Source of the DNA: Phoronis australis
Taxonomy: Eukaryota > Animalia > Phoronida
Length of the DNA: 41,410 bases
Assembly (NCBI GenBank): GCA_002633005.1
Contig: NMRA01000447.1
Location: forward strand, 37,791 to 79,200
Reading direction: 5' to 3'
In this document: positions 1 to 12,519 of the stretch, piece by piece
How the letters are laid out: every line of letters begins with the position of its first letter
How positions within the stretch are numbered: the stretch's first letter is position 1
Translations under genes and position numbers: made by a program
Notes under the pieces: generated by a model
Told to the model about the DNA's origin: nothing
What the model saw: the letters and a program-made list of their open reading frames with translations, nothing else
Databases searched by the model: none

Positions 1-1746
1 TATGATTCAAGGGTGGGACTAGAACATTTTTCTTCCGAACATTGCTAATGGGCCCCTTAAAGAACCACCAGTTTTGTGATGAAGATAATTGTTTTTGGTT
101 TTATGATATGGGTTAGGTATCGTAGCCACTAGTGTAGATCTTTTCAGTATAGTTACCAAGTGGTATCAGATACCCATTTTCTCCACCGATAGTGCCTACC
201 AGTGTGCAGCGGCATACATGTACCTCTGACAAAGTTCTAGGAAGAGGGCAACGCGCCGGGATCAGGAGGCGGTGACGACTGGGCAAGAGGGGCACTTTTT
301 GTGGCAGCATCAATGTCTGTCCGATCAAAATGACTCAAATTTTCGAGGCACCTCATCATATTTATCGGGGTTTGCCGTACAGAAAGAAGTGAGTCCTAAA
401 ATAGACATTAGTTTAAGAGACTTCGGAGTCGTGCTGAAAAACAAACTTGACCTATTGGACCCCAACCCGGCCGGTTTGGATTTAATAGTCTTAGACCGGC
501 AAGCCATCTAGCTGCGATGCCGGTACCGACTTATATTTACACGTACGAGGTGAGCCCCTGGGGGAAATTACGATTCATCTTGTCAGAGTCAGCCAGTGGG
601 AAAGAAACGATCTGTGTTGGGAGCCGATCAGTTCTATGAGAATCGTAGACTGCCTTCAGAATGTTTGCGCTATATGTATATTCCATTTGCAAAGATTTAA
701 ATTTTAATGCTTATTACAATAAAATGTAATCTCGTATCGCCCCTCGAGGGATTTTTGTTACTTTTTCCAACAGCAAGACATTCAGTTACCCGGAAATTTA
801 GGTACAAATTTGTCACTATATCACTGGATTGCCTGGCTGGATGGCACACTTGTGAACATCTCATGTCACAATAGGTTACCTGCACTCTCGTAATTGGTGT
901 TTGATATAACTCCTAAAACTAAATAATCAAAGTTACTCACCCAAGCAAAATATCTCTCTCACTTTACCTTTGGGCAAATCCAGAAGCATATCATTCGTGG
1001 TAAATTTAGGCCGATTTAGCTGACCAAAAAGCGAATTAGGCCTTTTAATCGGTTTCATCATATTCCTTTCCACGACTATAATTCCATATACGCATACCAG
1101 CAAGAACATTGAAATATCAGCGACTCTAAAAAACCTTTCAAAGTTATTGTAGCTGTTTCACCAAAATCGAAAATGGCGCCTCAGTGTGTGCAAAGCCTGG
1201 GACTTGAGTTGCCGGTTCATTTGGGAACCTGAGAAGTCAAGATAGAATTAGCTAGGTCTTTAATGTTTTTTTAAAAAACCTTAAGCTCTTCGGTTAAGAA
1301 TTCAACATTGCCGGCTATGCAGCGGCGACATGCCGCTTTAAGTTTTAATAAGTTTTAGCAAGACAAGTTAGGATTTGCTTGTCACTGCCGGAATTTTGTG
1401 CCCCAATCATCAGGTAGTTACTACATTGGCATTCCTGTGTCTACGGTAGAAATTAAATAACAACGCTTAGCAAGATATAGATATAGCGGCCTAACTCTTA
1501 AAAAAAAAAACAATCAACGGAACATTAATGCAAAGTCCCACTTCCTACTTTTACTTTACAGAGTAAATTTTAGGGTTTTGTGGATACTTGACTGAATACG
1601 TAAATTTGCCGGCAGGGTTTCACATGTATTCATAAGCATAAACTTACTGGCCCCGAGTTTGGCTAATATTCGAATTAAACAGAACTCAAATTTTAAAAAA
1701 TCTTGTCAATCACCATTTTCAAAGTTCCATGAGTAGAGATAATGTC

Positions 1747-1818
1747 CAGGGGTGGATCCAGGATCTTGAGTTGGGGGGGGGGGGAGCCAGGGCAGAGTAT
1801 TTGCCAGCCCGTCAGATA
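1747..1818 (-). mobile_element. Same MITE family, partial copy ending at N1819
   Basis: caggggtggatccaggatcttgagttgggg...gggcagagtat...gcccgtcagata. Confidence 0.7.
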
Positions 1819-2037
1819 NTCATCAAGTTCTTATTGTCATTTTGTAACGGGCCCATCTTTAAACCCGGTTTCCATGCCAACAATTTCTTAGAAAGGGCAC
1901 TGGCCGTCTGATTACCATAGGAGATAAGCTACTTTCGTGCACCATTCCAATGATGGTTTCTCTTGAAATAGTTATAGCCACGAATCTTGAAGTCATTGTA
2001 ATTCTAAAAGATTAAGTTAACATCGGTATTTTTTGGT

Positions 2038-4152
2038 CGCCACTAGTGTCTGCACTAGCTTTTCCTTTTTGTTTGCGTGCACTTGATTTTGATGGGAAGC
2101 CTACGCGTAACTACGTTTTGTGTACGCATATAGTTTTTCAGACTAAGTGAGCAAAGGATATCATTGAGAGCAAAACTAGTAGCATTGTTTACATTACTGT
2201 ATGTAGGCTACATGAAAATAAGCTTGTCTCTTGTTGAAAAAACAATACATTGATGACCTTGTGGTCAAATAGTTTATTTCAGCCGTGAAGTAGCTCACTA
2301 CCCCTGCATGGCGCAAACGAACGAAACTGGCCAAGGACAGGCAGACTTTGGGAAAATGTGGATGTACTTCTTCCCGTTTCAGCTGATCATTACGATATCG
2401 GCTGTTGTAGGCAACATTTGCGTGATAACATTGGCTGCCCAAACTCTGCGAGGAAAATTCAAGTCCAGGCAAACTCAGAAAGCGTTCGTATAACAGTATC
2501 TGTATACGTCCTGATCTCGAATCTGGCAATTGCCGACCTGGCTACAGCCATCATGGGGATGCCTGTCTCCATCATTATAACTTTATCTCCTTTCCGAGAA
2601 TTACCCGCCTTCTTTTGCATCTGTAATATTATCGGAATCCAATGGTGCATGAGTGCGTCCGTTCTTACGTTGGCCTGTATTGGTTTGGAGAGATACATGG
2701 AGTTGTGTTGCAAACCACCAAAGAATCTTAACTTGAAATGGTCCATAATAGGCATATGGGTTAGTTCCGTGTTTTCTTTCATCGTTCCCATACTTCGTTG
2801 GAAGGATCGCGAAGTCAATCCGTACGTGGCACTTTGCACTGTGAATTACCCACCAGAGTTGATCTGGATGCAGATTACTGACAATATACTATGTGGTCTA
2901 TATTACGTAGCTGCTCTCACCGTCATTTGTTTTTGCTACGTTGCGATTTTCAAAACTGTCCGACGAACAATTTGTCTCAGCACAAAATTTGGATTCAGGT
3001 CAAAAGTTAAAGCTTGTCACTTCCAGAGAAAAGTGAACCTCATGTTATCATCTTGTGTCATTGCGTTCGTTGTTTGTTGGACGCCGATAGTAACGTACAT
3101 GTGCGTGATGTCCAGTCCACAGATACGAATACCAGACGTTCCGAGAGCAATCAGTCTACTCGTAACCTGGATGACATTTCTCAACGGTGCTGCCAATCCA
3201 ATTATCTACTGCCTTTTTGCAAGCAATTCCGACAAGGATTTCTTTCAATAATGACATGTGCAAAATGTAGAACTGAGAAAGTGTACGAAAAACCCTAGTT
3301 CAGTCTACAACAGTGACGCCATGTAGAGGATTCAGTGGATTATCCACAATTGACGTGTCGTAATCTGGCCAAAGAACAGCCCACCTTAGACTACCTGTGT
3401 TTAAAAGGCAGAGACCAGTAGCATTAAACAGCCTCAAACGGGGATTCAATCATGTTCCCTAAATTTTTAGGGCATTTGTGCAAAAACTCATTGTCTTCTA
3501 ATGTGCTATCTTCATTTTTTTTAGCTTTGATACGTATCCAGATTAAATTCAATGTTGAATTCTACAGAAATTAAATAATGTCACTGTCATGCTACGCCCC
3601 TAATTTAAAGACCAATCCCGTTTACTTTCGTTGAAGTAAGCGTGCAGTTTTAAAATATATTATTAGAAAGAGGACCTAATAACGAAGATAAACAGATGCA
3701 AAATTACACTACTAGTGAACAGATAGACAAGTTCATCCAGCACTATAAATGTCCAGAAAGTTTAACTGGACACATGCCAAAAAACAGGATCGATAACAGT
3801 AAAAAAATGGCAACTAGCCAGTGCAAAATACGTCATATCCTTCCGAAAAAGGAAACGTTTCATCGTTTCTTTAATAGAAAGCTATTAACCATATTGCATA
3901 AAAATCCATTCAGGAACCCCCCCTCCCCCCAAAAAAAACAGAAAAAAATTGCCACCAGAGAGTACAGCGTTCGTTGTATCCGTCAGAGAGTCATGTAGTC
4001 TGTTGTCAACTTCATATAAATACTCTTGCTAAATTTAATAACGATCCTGCAGTGGGTTTAGGAGATACAGCTATGGGCGCAAAAACTGCCACTAGGTGGC
4101 GCCAGAGTAGTCGAAGTTATCAGAAAATCATTGTCAACTGTTTTCTTCACAT
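2038..4152 (+). repeat. Direct segmental duplication, copy 1 (matches 30007-32207)
   Basis: Continuous alignment from 'cgccactagtgtctgcactagc' through the GPCR and its 3' flank to 'ttttcttcacat'. Confidence 0.95.
2308..3298 (+). pseudogene. Intronless class A (rhodopsin-like) GPCR, copy 1, with two -1 frameshifts
   Basis: Three consecutive frames rebuild a 7TM receptor. 2308 frame: MAQTNET (N-glycosylation sequon) and TM1 'GNICVI'. 2358 ORF: TM2 'SNLAIADL', TM3 'GLERY', TM6 'FVVCWTP', TM7 'NPIIY'. 3014 frame: helix 8 'CKQFRQGF' and a Cys-containing tail. Frame breaks lie at about 2467-2490 and in the T5 run at 3214-3218. Confidence 0.85.
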
Positions 4153-5310
4153 TAAGAACAATTAGCGACTCGAATCTTAGACTGTAGGTGTCACTCGTGT
4201 GATAGAGGACCAGCCAATGAGATAAATAGCTAGAGTTGACGTCCGTGGTTTTCGTTGAGCGGAGTGGTCCACCATCTTGTTGATGAACCACGTTAGTAGA
4301 GATGCGTGTGTACTGTGAAGTACCTTGGAACCAAAGCACGGAATTTCTAGTAAATAGTCATAGCTTTAATGTTAGGATCATCAAGTGCAAACTAGGATTT
4401 TTAGAAAATCATCCAAGAAATTCATTACATACTTATCACTTATGTTTAGTCATAGCAGAAGACATCAAAAATAATGTTTGATTGCCATTATAAAGATTAG
4501 ACCCAGAATAAATGATATAATTTTTTGGTCTTTCGAGATTTAAAAATTGAAACTGAAATAAAATGACCTTGTGGGTGAGAATCCGATCGTAGAAACAATA
4601 TTGTTGAACTTCATTTGGTCCCAAGAACACCCACTTAAGTCGATGTTTCATGGTCTTATACTTTCCTTCTTAGTCCGATATATATTTAAGGGTTTAGTGA
4701 CCAAGATATCTGTTGCTTACTAGCAACGAAGAAACACAAAAAGTGACTACAAGATTAATAGTTGTAAATTTTTACTGAGTGGACACCAATTCGAAGATTT
4801 ATTAATATACTGTAGCCAGATTATAAGGAATAGGGCATGATCGGAGGAAATGATACCCCAAGAATAATTCACCCCACAATGTTATATCGGGACGGTAGAT
4901 ATTTTGTTTCTGTGTGAACATTTTTGTTGCCCTTCTCGTTCTGGATGGCCAATCAGATGAAAGTGTGCTTGTTATTGACAGAAAAAAATCAGCGATTCCG
5001 TACATCATGGTCTGATTAAAGGGGTATAACATTGAATGGTGTAAAATTAATATTGGTAAAAATTAATAAGCGAACGCCTTTTTAAAACTCACATTCCGCG
5101 GCGTGTTGTTTTACAACAGAGTCTATGACGCAACTGTTTGAACTGTGAGACTATGTCGTTTCAAAGTGTACAAATTACCAGTTCACCACGCTAAGATGAT
5201 TTAGGTACTAGGACACGTAATACTAGTTATACCACAATTTTAGCGTCGAATGGAAAATACAACCGTGAATTTGTTATCTCACGAATACTGAGACAACATT
5301 TTGGCGGGAA

Positions 5311-5377
5311 ACCGAGGCCGGTTTCGAACACGGGCCTCTATAGTTACAAGTCGCCGACTACCACTACACCACTCAGC
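5311..5377 (-). other. tRNA-derived segment (SINE head or pseudo-tRNA) in unit A
   Basis: Minus strand GCTGAG-TGGTGTAGTGG (A box)...GTTCGAAACC (B box)...CTCGGT. The acceptor-like stem pairs but the anticodon stem does not. Confidence 0.6.
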
Positions 5378-6194
5378 GGCTGAAGTCATCGAACGTAAAA
5401 ATAGAATACTAAATGAGTACGCGCAACAATCGCATGTTCAGCAAAGGGCATTGTACCGACATTTATACGCTATGAAAATAAGACGTATAATTTCCATAAA
5501 AGCGAAATTTTAATTCAGTGAAATTTTTCTCTCGTGTTCTCTCACTTGTAAATCACCGATCTCTAATTTGAATGGGGGTATCGTGTCGTCGGGATCCTTT
5601 GATTTGAGCATTATACATGTACTCAGTTACTAGTGGTAATCTACTTTAGCAGAAGATATTTTACCGGTCGAAGCTTAGCGTGATAAAATGTGAAGTAAGC
5701 TATAATAGTTGCTAAACCTTAATTTATAGATTCACTATATTTCTATTTTGTTTAAATTTCCAATTGGTTTTGAGTATATATAAAAGCATTATTTGACAAA
5801 AATAGCTCTGCTTTTCTTAAAAGGTCACGACCTCCGACCCCGGGCCTCTGACATAGAAAGTAGTTAAAAAACCGAGGAGAGTCAAGAAATGTAGATCGAT
5901 TCATTGCAATGTTTCTCGTTTAGTATGTGGTATAAATAGATTATTACATGTTCTCAGTCGTTATCCCCCTTATCTAGAGCCCTCGTGGATTTTGTAGAAT
6001 TATCACCCTCAGGGCTAACGCCACTCGGGCGATAAATCTCCAAAATCCACTCGGGCTCTTGATAACGGCGGACAATGACTTCGCCATGTAATAATCTATA
6101 TTTATACCACAATATTAGCGTCGAATGGAAAATACAACTGTGTAATAACCCATTCAGTTATCTCACTAGTACTGAGATAACATTTTGTCGGGAA

Positions 6195-6263
6195 ACCGAG
6201 GCCGGTTTCAAACCCGGGCCTCAGGAGTTTCGAGTCGCCGACTTTACCACTACACCACTCAGC
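6195..6263 (-). other. tRNA-derived segment (SINE head or pseudo-tRNA) in unit B
   Basis: Same layout with B box GGTTTGAAACC; the anticodon-position triplet differs from unit A (CGA vs TGT). Confidence 0.6.
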
Positions 6264-7540
6264 AGCTGACGTCATCGAACGTGAAAATAGAACACTTAAA
6301 TGAGTACGCGCAACAATCGCATGTTCAGCAAAGGGCATTGTACCGACATTTATACGCTATGAAAACTAAGACGCATAATTTCCATAAAAACGATATTTTA
6401 ATTCAGTTAAAATTTGATCTCGTGTTCTCTCACTTGTAAATCACCGATTTCTAATTTGAATGCGGGTATCGTCTCGCCGGGATACCTTTGACTTGAGCAT
6501 TATACCCAGTTACTAGTGGTAACCTACTTTAGCAGACGATATTTTCCCGGTCGAAGCATAGCGTGATAAAATGTGTAGTAAGCTATAATAGTTAATAAAC
6601 CTTAATTTATAGATTCACTTTATTTCTATTTTGTTTAAATTTCCAATTGCTTTTGAGTAAAAGCGTTATTTATTTGCCATAGCTCGGCTTTTCTTAAAAG
6701 GTCACGACCTCCGACCCTGGACCTCTGTCACAGAAATGTAGTTACAAATCCGAAACGAGACGAGAAAGGTTGGTCGATTCATTGCAATGTTTCTCGTTCA
6801 GTATGTGGTATAAATAGATTACTACATGTTCTCAGCCGTTATCCCCCTTATCTAGAGCCCTCGTGGATTTTGTAGAATTATCACCCCCGGGGCTAACGCC
6901 CCTCGGGCGATAAATCTCCAAAATCCACTCGGGCTCTTCGCCATGTAATAATCTACACATAGTTAAAGAAAAGTAGCTTATCACTGAAGTAATTTCCTTG
7001 AGACATCTCAGCACCCCTTACATGCGTTTTATTTTTTGAAAAAAAACGTCTGCATATTGATGTAATTATTATTCCTTAGTATGACCTGAAGTAGACAATT
7101 CCAATCACCTTTCGAGAAATTGGGCCTGTGCAAATGCATATTTCGACCTCCTGCTTCGGCCTCCTAAGCAGTGGTGTTGACAGGAACACGCGGCTAACCG
7201 CCGCATATGTGGGTGTCTTACCAACCAGTACATGGTACTTTTGGTGCCGTGCGTTCTTCTTGTTTCGTTGAAATATTTAATGTTAACATATCAGTTTCTA
7301 TAGCTTTATCGTTTTGCAAAATTTTGCTCCCAACTTTTATTCAAACTAGTCTATGACCTCAATTCCCAATATGCACATGTACACAAACATGTACAGTTCC
7401 ATAGGTCAATTGTTGCATACAATGACACGACTTCACATGCACGCATACCGCTGTTTGTATGATCATCGATTTCCATGGGTTTCTATTTATTTTTTCTACT
7501 TAGCGTTCAAATGTTTCACACGAACGCATTCCTCCGGAGT

Positions 7541-7981
7541 CAAGTGTGTAAACGGAACTGACACGGAGCAAATTGACACCGCGGTGACAACTTTTGCCAC
7601 CCGTTTGTGAGGTGGGGCAATTTGCGCTCGAACATATTGCTCCGTGTCAATTATATGTCTAAATGGGAAACTGGGGCAAGGCGGAAAGGATCATCTCTAC
7701 TGCGCTTGTGCAAAGTCCTACATACGGGCTCGCTGTCTCTGCAACTCCCGCTATTTGTTAACATGTGCATGTGCATTCCACTCTCCAGCGTACAACTTCC
7801 GTATTGCCACAGGTAATGAAATTGCGTGTGTAAACGGCCACTTGACAGTGATCCTAGTCAAGTTGCTCCGTGTCAGTTGCGCTGGATCAAAAATTGATGT
7901 CTAAACGGAACTGTTGAGTGGCAAAATTTGTCACCGCGGTGTCAATTTGCTCCAGTTCAGTCCCGTTTACACACATACTTG
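7541..7981. mobile_element. MITE-like foldback element with ~60 bp inverted arms
   Basis: tgtgtaaacggaactga..ggagcaaattgacaccgcggtgacaa..ttttgccac (7544-7600) is mirrored by gtggcaaaatttgtcaccgcggtgtcaatttgctcca..tcagtcccgtttacaca (7918-7973). Partial internal copies of gtaaacgg and ttgctccgtgtca are present. Confidence 0.75.
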
Positions 7982-9705
7982 CGCTGGAACAACCAGTCGG
8001 GCCGTTTAGCTGATCCGTCACACCGTGAATAATATATGTACATGATGGCTTTTGAAGGGAGCTTCATGATGAAAGAAAATACACTTTAATAGTGATTAAA
8101 ACACACATTTTCATTCCCATTCGATTATAAGTGGGTGTTAGTTTACGTGTTTTACCCATTTTCAATGAAACAGTAATTTTATTGCACGTCGAACGTCATT
8201 AAGGTATGACTTTACCAGTGTTTACATGGCTCGGACTCCACCGCTAAATTCGTGTTGCTTATTCGCCGCTTGGAGCGCTAGGTTTTTGACCGAAATCCAT
8301 TGCGGCGAATGGCAAGATGGCACAATAAACACTCTTATTATACTACAATCCTTGGTCATACCAGCATGCGCTTCTCTCTTGTCTGAGGATTTACTTTTAA
8401 CTCGGTGTTAAAATCACATCGTGAGCAGATCTTCAACTTTAATTGGCTTTAGATATCAGGCAATAAACACACAGAATTTGATTTCTGCCTTTATACAGAA
8501 AATATGGGTAGGGAGAACATCGACAACGGGAACCTAAGGCCGGTGGGACGTCAAGACGGGCAACAGCCAACATAGGGACGTAGGAAAGACGGACCATCGG
8601 TTGAGAAACGTAGGGAGGTCGAATATAGGGACCGGGGCACAGTGGTACGGAACGCTAAAATCCGAGGTCTCGTATTCTTTACTAGTTGATAGGATCCTGT
8701 TTCCGCTACCCGCCAGCAAAAGCATCGAAAGCACTGTCGACTCCTGAAATGCTTCAGGGTTTATTGAGGTTGGCCAACATTATAACTGTGAATACCAAAA
8801 TGGCTCAAGAAGGGATTGTGTGTCACATGAGTAAGTCACGGAAATATGCAGTCCAATTACTACAAGCAGGAATAGTATTCTTCATACGGAATATACGAAT
8901 ACCAATTTGATGAGAGTAAAAGACCTACTTCAAGTTTCATTTTTAGCTGTAGCGGGGATGTTATAATGTATCGTTGTGTTTATAGGTGCCGTGAGTGGCC
9001 GGAAGGTGTCGACCTAACGGATATTAGATGCTCAGTTGTTTTGTTTTGAAGTTCCGAGTATTGAAACAGAAAATCTTAAGAAGCGGGAGAAAAAGAAGAA
9101 TTGAATAGTTTAAAAATACATTCGAATTTATTATTGTCGTCATAAATCACAATCAGTGATGACGGAAAAGAATGTACAGAAAATTGAACAATTTCGTAAA
9201 AACCATGCAGGGAACTTAGTAGGCTACCATAGTCCCTCATTGTGGTTGGGAACTTGAGGCTGGAGCGGGTTTCAAACCCCAGACAGCCCGCCAAAACTTC
9301 TAGTGCGCGGTTTTTTATATACCAAGAGAATGCGCGTGAGACCGACTCTAATTAAATAATTAAAACATGGGTGACATAATAGAACACCCCTACACGTTGG
9401 GTCAACTAAAGAAGTGGCGCGCGGAAACTGTAACTCTATAATTCACAAATGGAGGGCGCGCCTGTCACTTAGTCAACTAAAGAGTTCAAATTACAGCTTT
9501 AAACTAAAACTGTAGATGTCACCTTTTGAAGTTCATTGATATTAGATTTAAACCGTGCGATTTCATAACAAATGGTCAGTGCGTTAACTGAATTCAAGTA
9601 GATTGCCACCACCAGTGAAATTATAAACTGAGATAAACATGTTTACAGTTTTGCAGTTCGCTCCCGTGTAACTTCATTTTGGTCGCCGTTCGTTGCAAAA
9701 TAGAT

Positions 9706-9868
9706 CAGTGGCGGACTTAGAGGGGGGCCAAGGGTGTCATGGCCCCCCTAAAATTCTCCCAGATTCCATTTGGCAGTTCAGGGGCGCGAATGTCTGACGG
9801 GCAAAATCCTGGCTAATACTCTGCCCTGCTCCCTCCCCCTCTAACTCAAAATCCTGGATCCGCCCGTG
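9706..9868 (+). mobile_element. ~160 bp GC-rich MITE (CAGTGGCGGA...TCCGCCCGTG), family copy 1
   Basis: Short terminal inverted repeats; homologous copies at 1747-1818, 29848-30014 and 40878-40983. No clear TSD. Confidence 0.75.
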
Positions 9869-12469
9869 TTACAGACACTATCAGACGAATCATAGTTTAC
9901 GTTATAAAACACGACTGAATTTACGAAGAAGCATTGTGTTTGACAGTCAGCCTGCTCAGAGAGAGAGACCGTTTCCCTTACCAAGTTGCCACCTGTCTCT
10001 CATGACAAAGCCTTCCTAACAGTAGCTCTATAGCAAACGAGATCTTAGGTAACTATAAAATCTTTGTCGCCATGCAACCACACAAATCGCTTGGGCAGTA
10101 TTACGTAATCAAGACCTTGAGAACACATCGTAGAATTCACCTTTATAACTACTTGGGCAAAACTTTAGTTCCATATTACTAAGTCTTGATTAAAACCCAT
10201 CATATACAGTCGTCGAATGGCAAAAACTGATGTACAACTTGCCGAGAAACAAAAAACTTGTGACCATTTAGCATTGAGGCATTAGTTAATACTGACGTAC
10301 GTTACACGGCTTGAGTCATATGTCAGTTTTGTTAATAAACGCTTCAAATGTGGACATTCTCCATTCGGAACCATTTATTTATACTCTATGAACATCATTC
10401 TCTTGATAAATTTGCCAATTAATTGAAAGAATGTTGCTAATTCAATTCGCTGAGAACTCTTTCCGCACGCGCATTAATAACCGGGTAATGAACTTCAGCG
10501 TCGACTTCTAATGCCAGAACCTGTCCGAAGTTTTAGAAATAGGCAATATTGGCCGTCCAAAATTCGTGAAATATGAGAAACTCGACACTAGATTGACGGT
10601 GTCCGAAATCTTAGAATTTATGCGATCGGGTGTCGACAAATAGTTTCGATTTGCGGTTTTAGACGGTTTGAACTTGCGCACAGATTTGTGATCGTTATTG
10701 CTGACAAGAAATTCACACGAGCATTAGCAGCGATATTGCTGGCTAGCAGTGACTCACCAAACTTTGTGCCGTGATAGGAAATAAGGTATATATTTGTCGT
10801 GTAACACGCCTTGACTGATTATTCGTAATATCCATTGGTGCTAGCTCAACGAAGTTCACGTTGAGCTGTTCGCATGAACCACACACAATATTAAACGACG
10901 CGAGTGCAGGTAGTATATGAAACCATGCTTTGTTTCTGGGGCAGCGCGTGCAACATACTTATGAGTCACCTGTCACTCAAATAGACTAGCGAAACAGCGT
11001 TGCCGCGAACGATATACGAGTAAATAGGGTCCCCGTGGGCTCGATTACCTGTCCTGACGTTCATTTGGCAATTATAGAACTGTTGCTTTATGCTGCTGTG
11101 GTATACTCAATAAATAAAAGTTTGGAATTGTTATTCTGAAACATAGCAGTAGGCCAGATTACAACTTAACCGATGTAGAGCCTGCGTAGTTCTAAGTGAA
11201 GTCACGCTGTTTACGTATAGCTGGCTATACAATTGCGTTAGCTACATTGGACGCTTATTATGATGCTTTAGTATAAAAGCATTTCGTCCCGATTATCTCG
11301 GCCCTTGCATTCCCGGTACTGCTGTTGGAATTTTATCTGTCCCATGTTCACTCCGGCTCGATAGCAATGCCGTCCTCTCGTGAATTAATTCAATTCATAT
11401 TTTATGCGTGTGGGTGGATTTAGATCAATCTTCGCTAGTACGGGCCCAGGTTTCGTTTTACAAATCACACGCCATCATGGGTGGTCAAACGAACCACGAA
11501 AGTGACGGTACAGGTGGAAACGGAGCAACTTCGACTAAAGATTAATAGGTCCGCACACTGTTTTAGATGGTTTCAAAATTTTTTACCTTGGTGCGAGAGA
11601 GCCGAAGCATTTCGTGCACAAAATAGGCTAGTAAATGGAATGTGAGTAGGGAGACAAAGATATATCTACAGCATGAACACCTTTAACGTATACTGCGCGA
11701 CAAACTAGGACGTGGATTTTTGCATTTCACAAAATTTGTTTTACTTGACACTGAGCAACATCGTTTTGGCGATTCGGGCACATGGCAATGCGAAGGTCGG
11801 GGCCGCTTCGGGAGGAAGTTAAGTGGGCTGCAGGTTCACAGAAAAATAAAACATGAAGCCGTGAACCTGAAATATGACTTGGTAACACAACGCCGGTCTC
11901 ATCAAGAACATCACCGGTTCTTATTAATTAGCTGTTAATCCAAATACAAAGCGTGACAGTAACGAATGAGTGCGATAAGAGATAAAATAGGTAAAATGGA
12001 TTTGTTGAGTTGACATCGGATACACGAAATGGCATAAAATAGATCACGAAATGAAGCAACTAGGTTGACATGAGATTCACAAAATAGCATTGGATTTGCA
12101 GCATCATAAGATCGGGAGTTAAATTTTACGAATTGAGTGTCCGATAAATTTTGCCCTTTTGCCCCCCTTACCAGGGGTCAAACTTATTTTTGGGCCAAAT
12201 GGTAAAAAACAAAAGAATTAGCCGAATAGACCGGTAGCTGTAACTGACTAGGCGTTCTAAGGGCGCACATCATCTTGGTCTTGATGCTTGCGTGACACTT
12301 GGTAATAATTAACCTCTTCTGGTTATTACTATCGCAAAAAATTAAAAAGAAACGCATTGGTGAGTGACATAGTATATAAAATTGCATGGATCTTTGATGA
12401 TTCTGTTATGTACAGACGACCTAGGTGTGACCTGCCAGACGGAAAAAATACTGAAGGCGATGCAACAGT

Positions 12470-12470
<1 letters not shown>

Positions 12471-12514
<44 letters not shown>
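12471..12514. repeat. (CA)n microsatellite, about 22 units
   Basis: Seen directly. Confidence 0.98.

Positions 12515-12519
<5 letters not shown>

Larger units (their letters stand above)
5227..6955. mobile_element. Head-to-tail tandem pair of a ~870 bp non-autonomous element (A 5227-6098, B 6102-6955)
   Basis: Both units start TTATACCACAAT and end CATGTAATAATCTA. They align throughout with scattered substitutions, and each has a subterminal hairpin. Confidence 0.85.

Noticed and set aside
113-511. Short overlapping ORFs at the window start
   Set aside because: No recognisable motifs. Most 60-120 aa ORFs in the track are antisense shadows, repeat-derived or chance.
2358-2480. ATG at 2358 as the true GPCR start
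   Set aside because: That frame lacks TM1; the GN-containing TM1 and N-glycosylation sequon are in the 2308 frame.
2467-2633. Segment missing in copy 2 as an intron (retrocopy model)
   Set aside because: It has no GT-AG ends and encodes the essential TM2.
2358-3251. GPCR as an opsin
   Set aside because: TM7 (WMTFLNGAANPIIY) has no retinal-binding lysine; the ligand class cannot be assigned by eye.
5311-5377. Functional tRNA gene
   Set aside because: The anticodon stem does not pair, the two copies disagree at the anticodon, and it is embedded in a repeat.
8510-8660. Purine-rich, roughly 15 bp periodic tract as a distinct element
   Set aside because: Too degenerate to define a unit or termini by eye.
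10795-11165. Solo LTR (TG start, AATAAA, CA end)
   Set aside because: No matching TSD and no second copy in the window.
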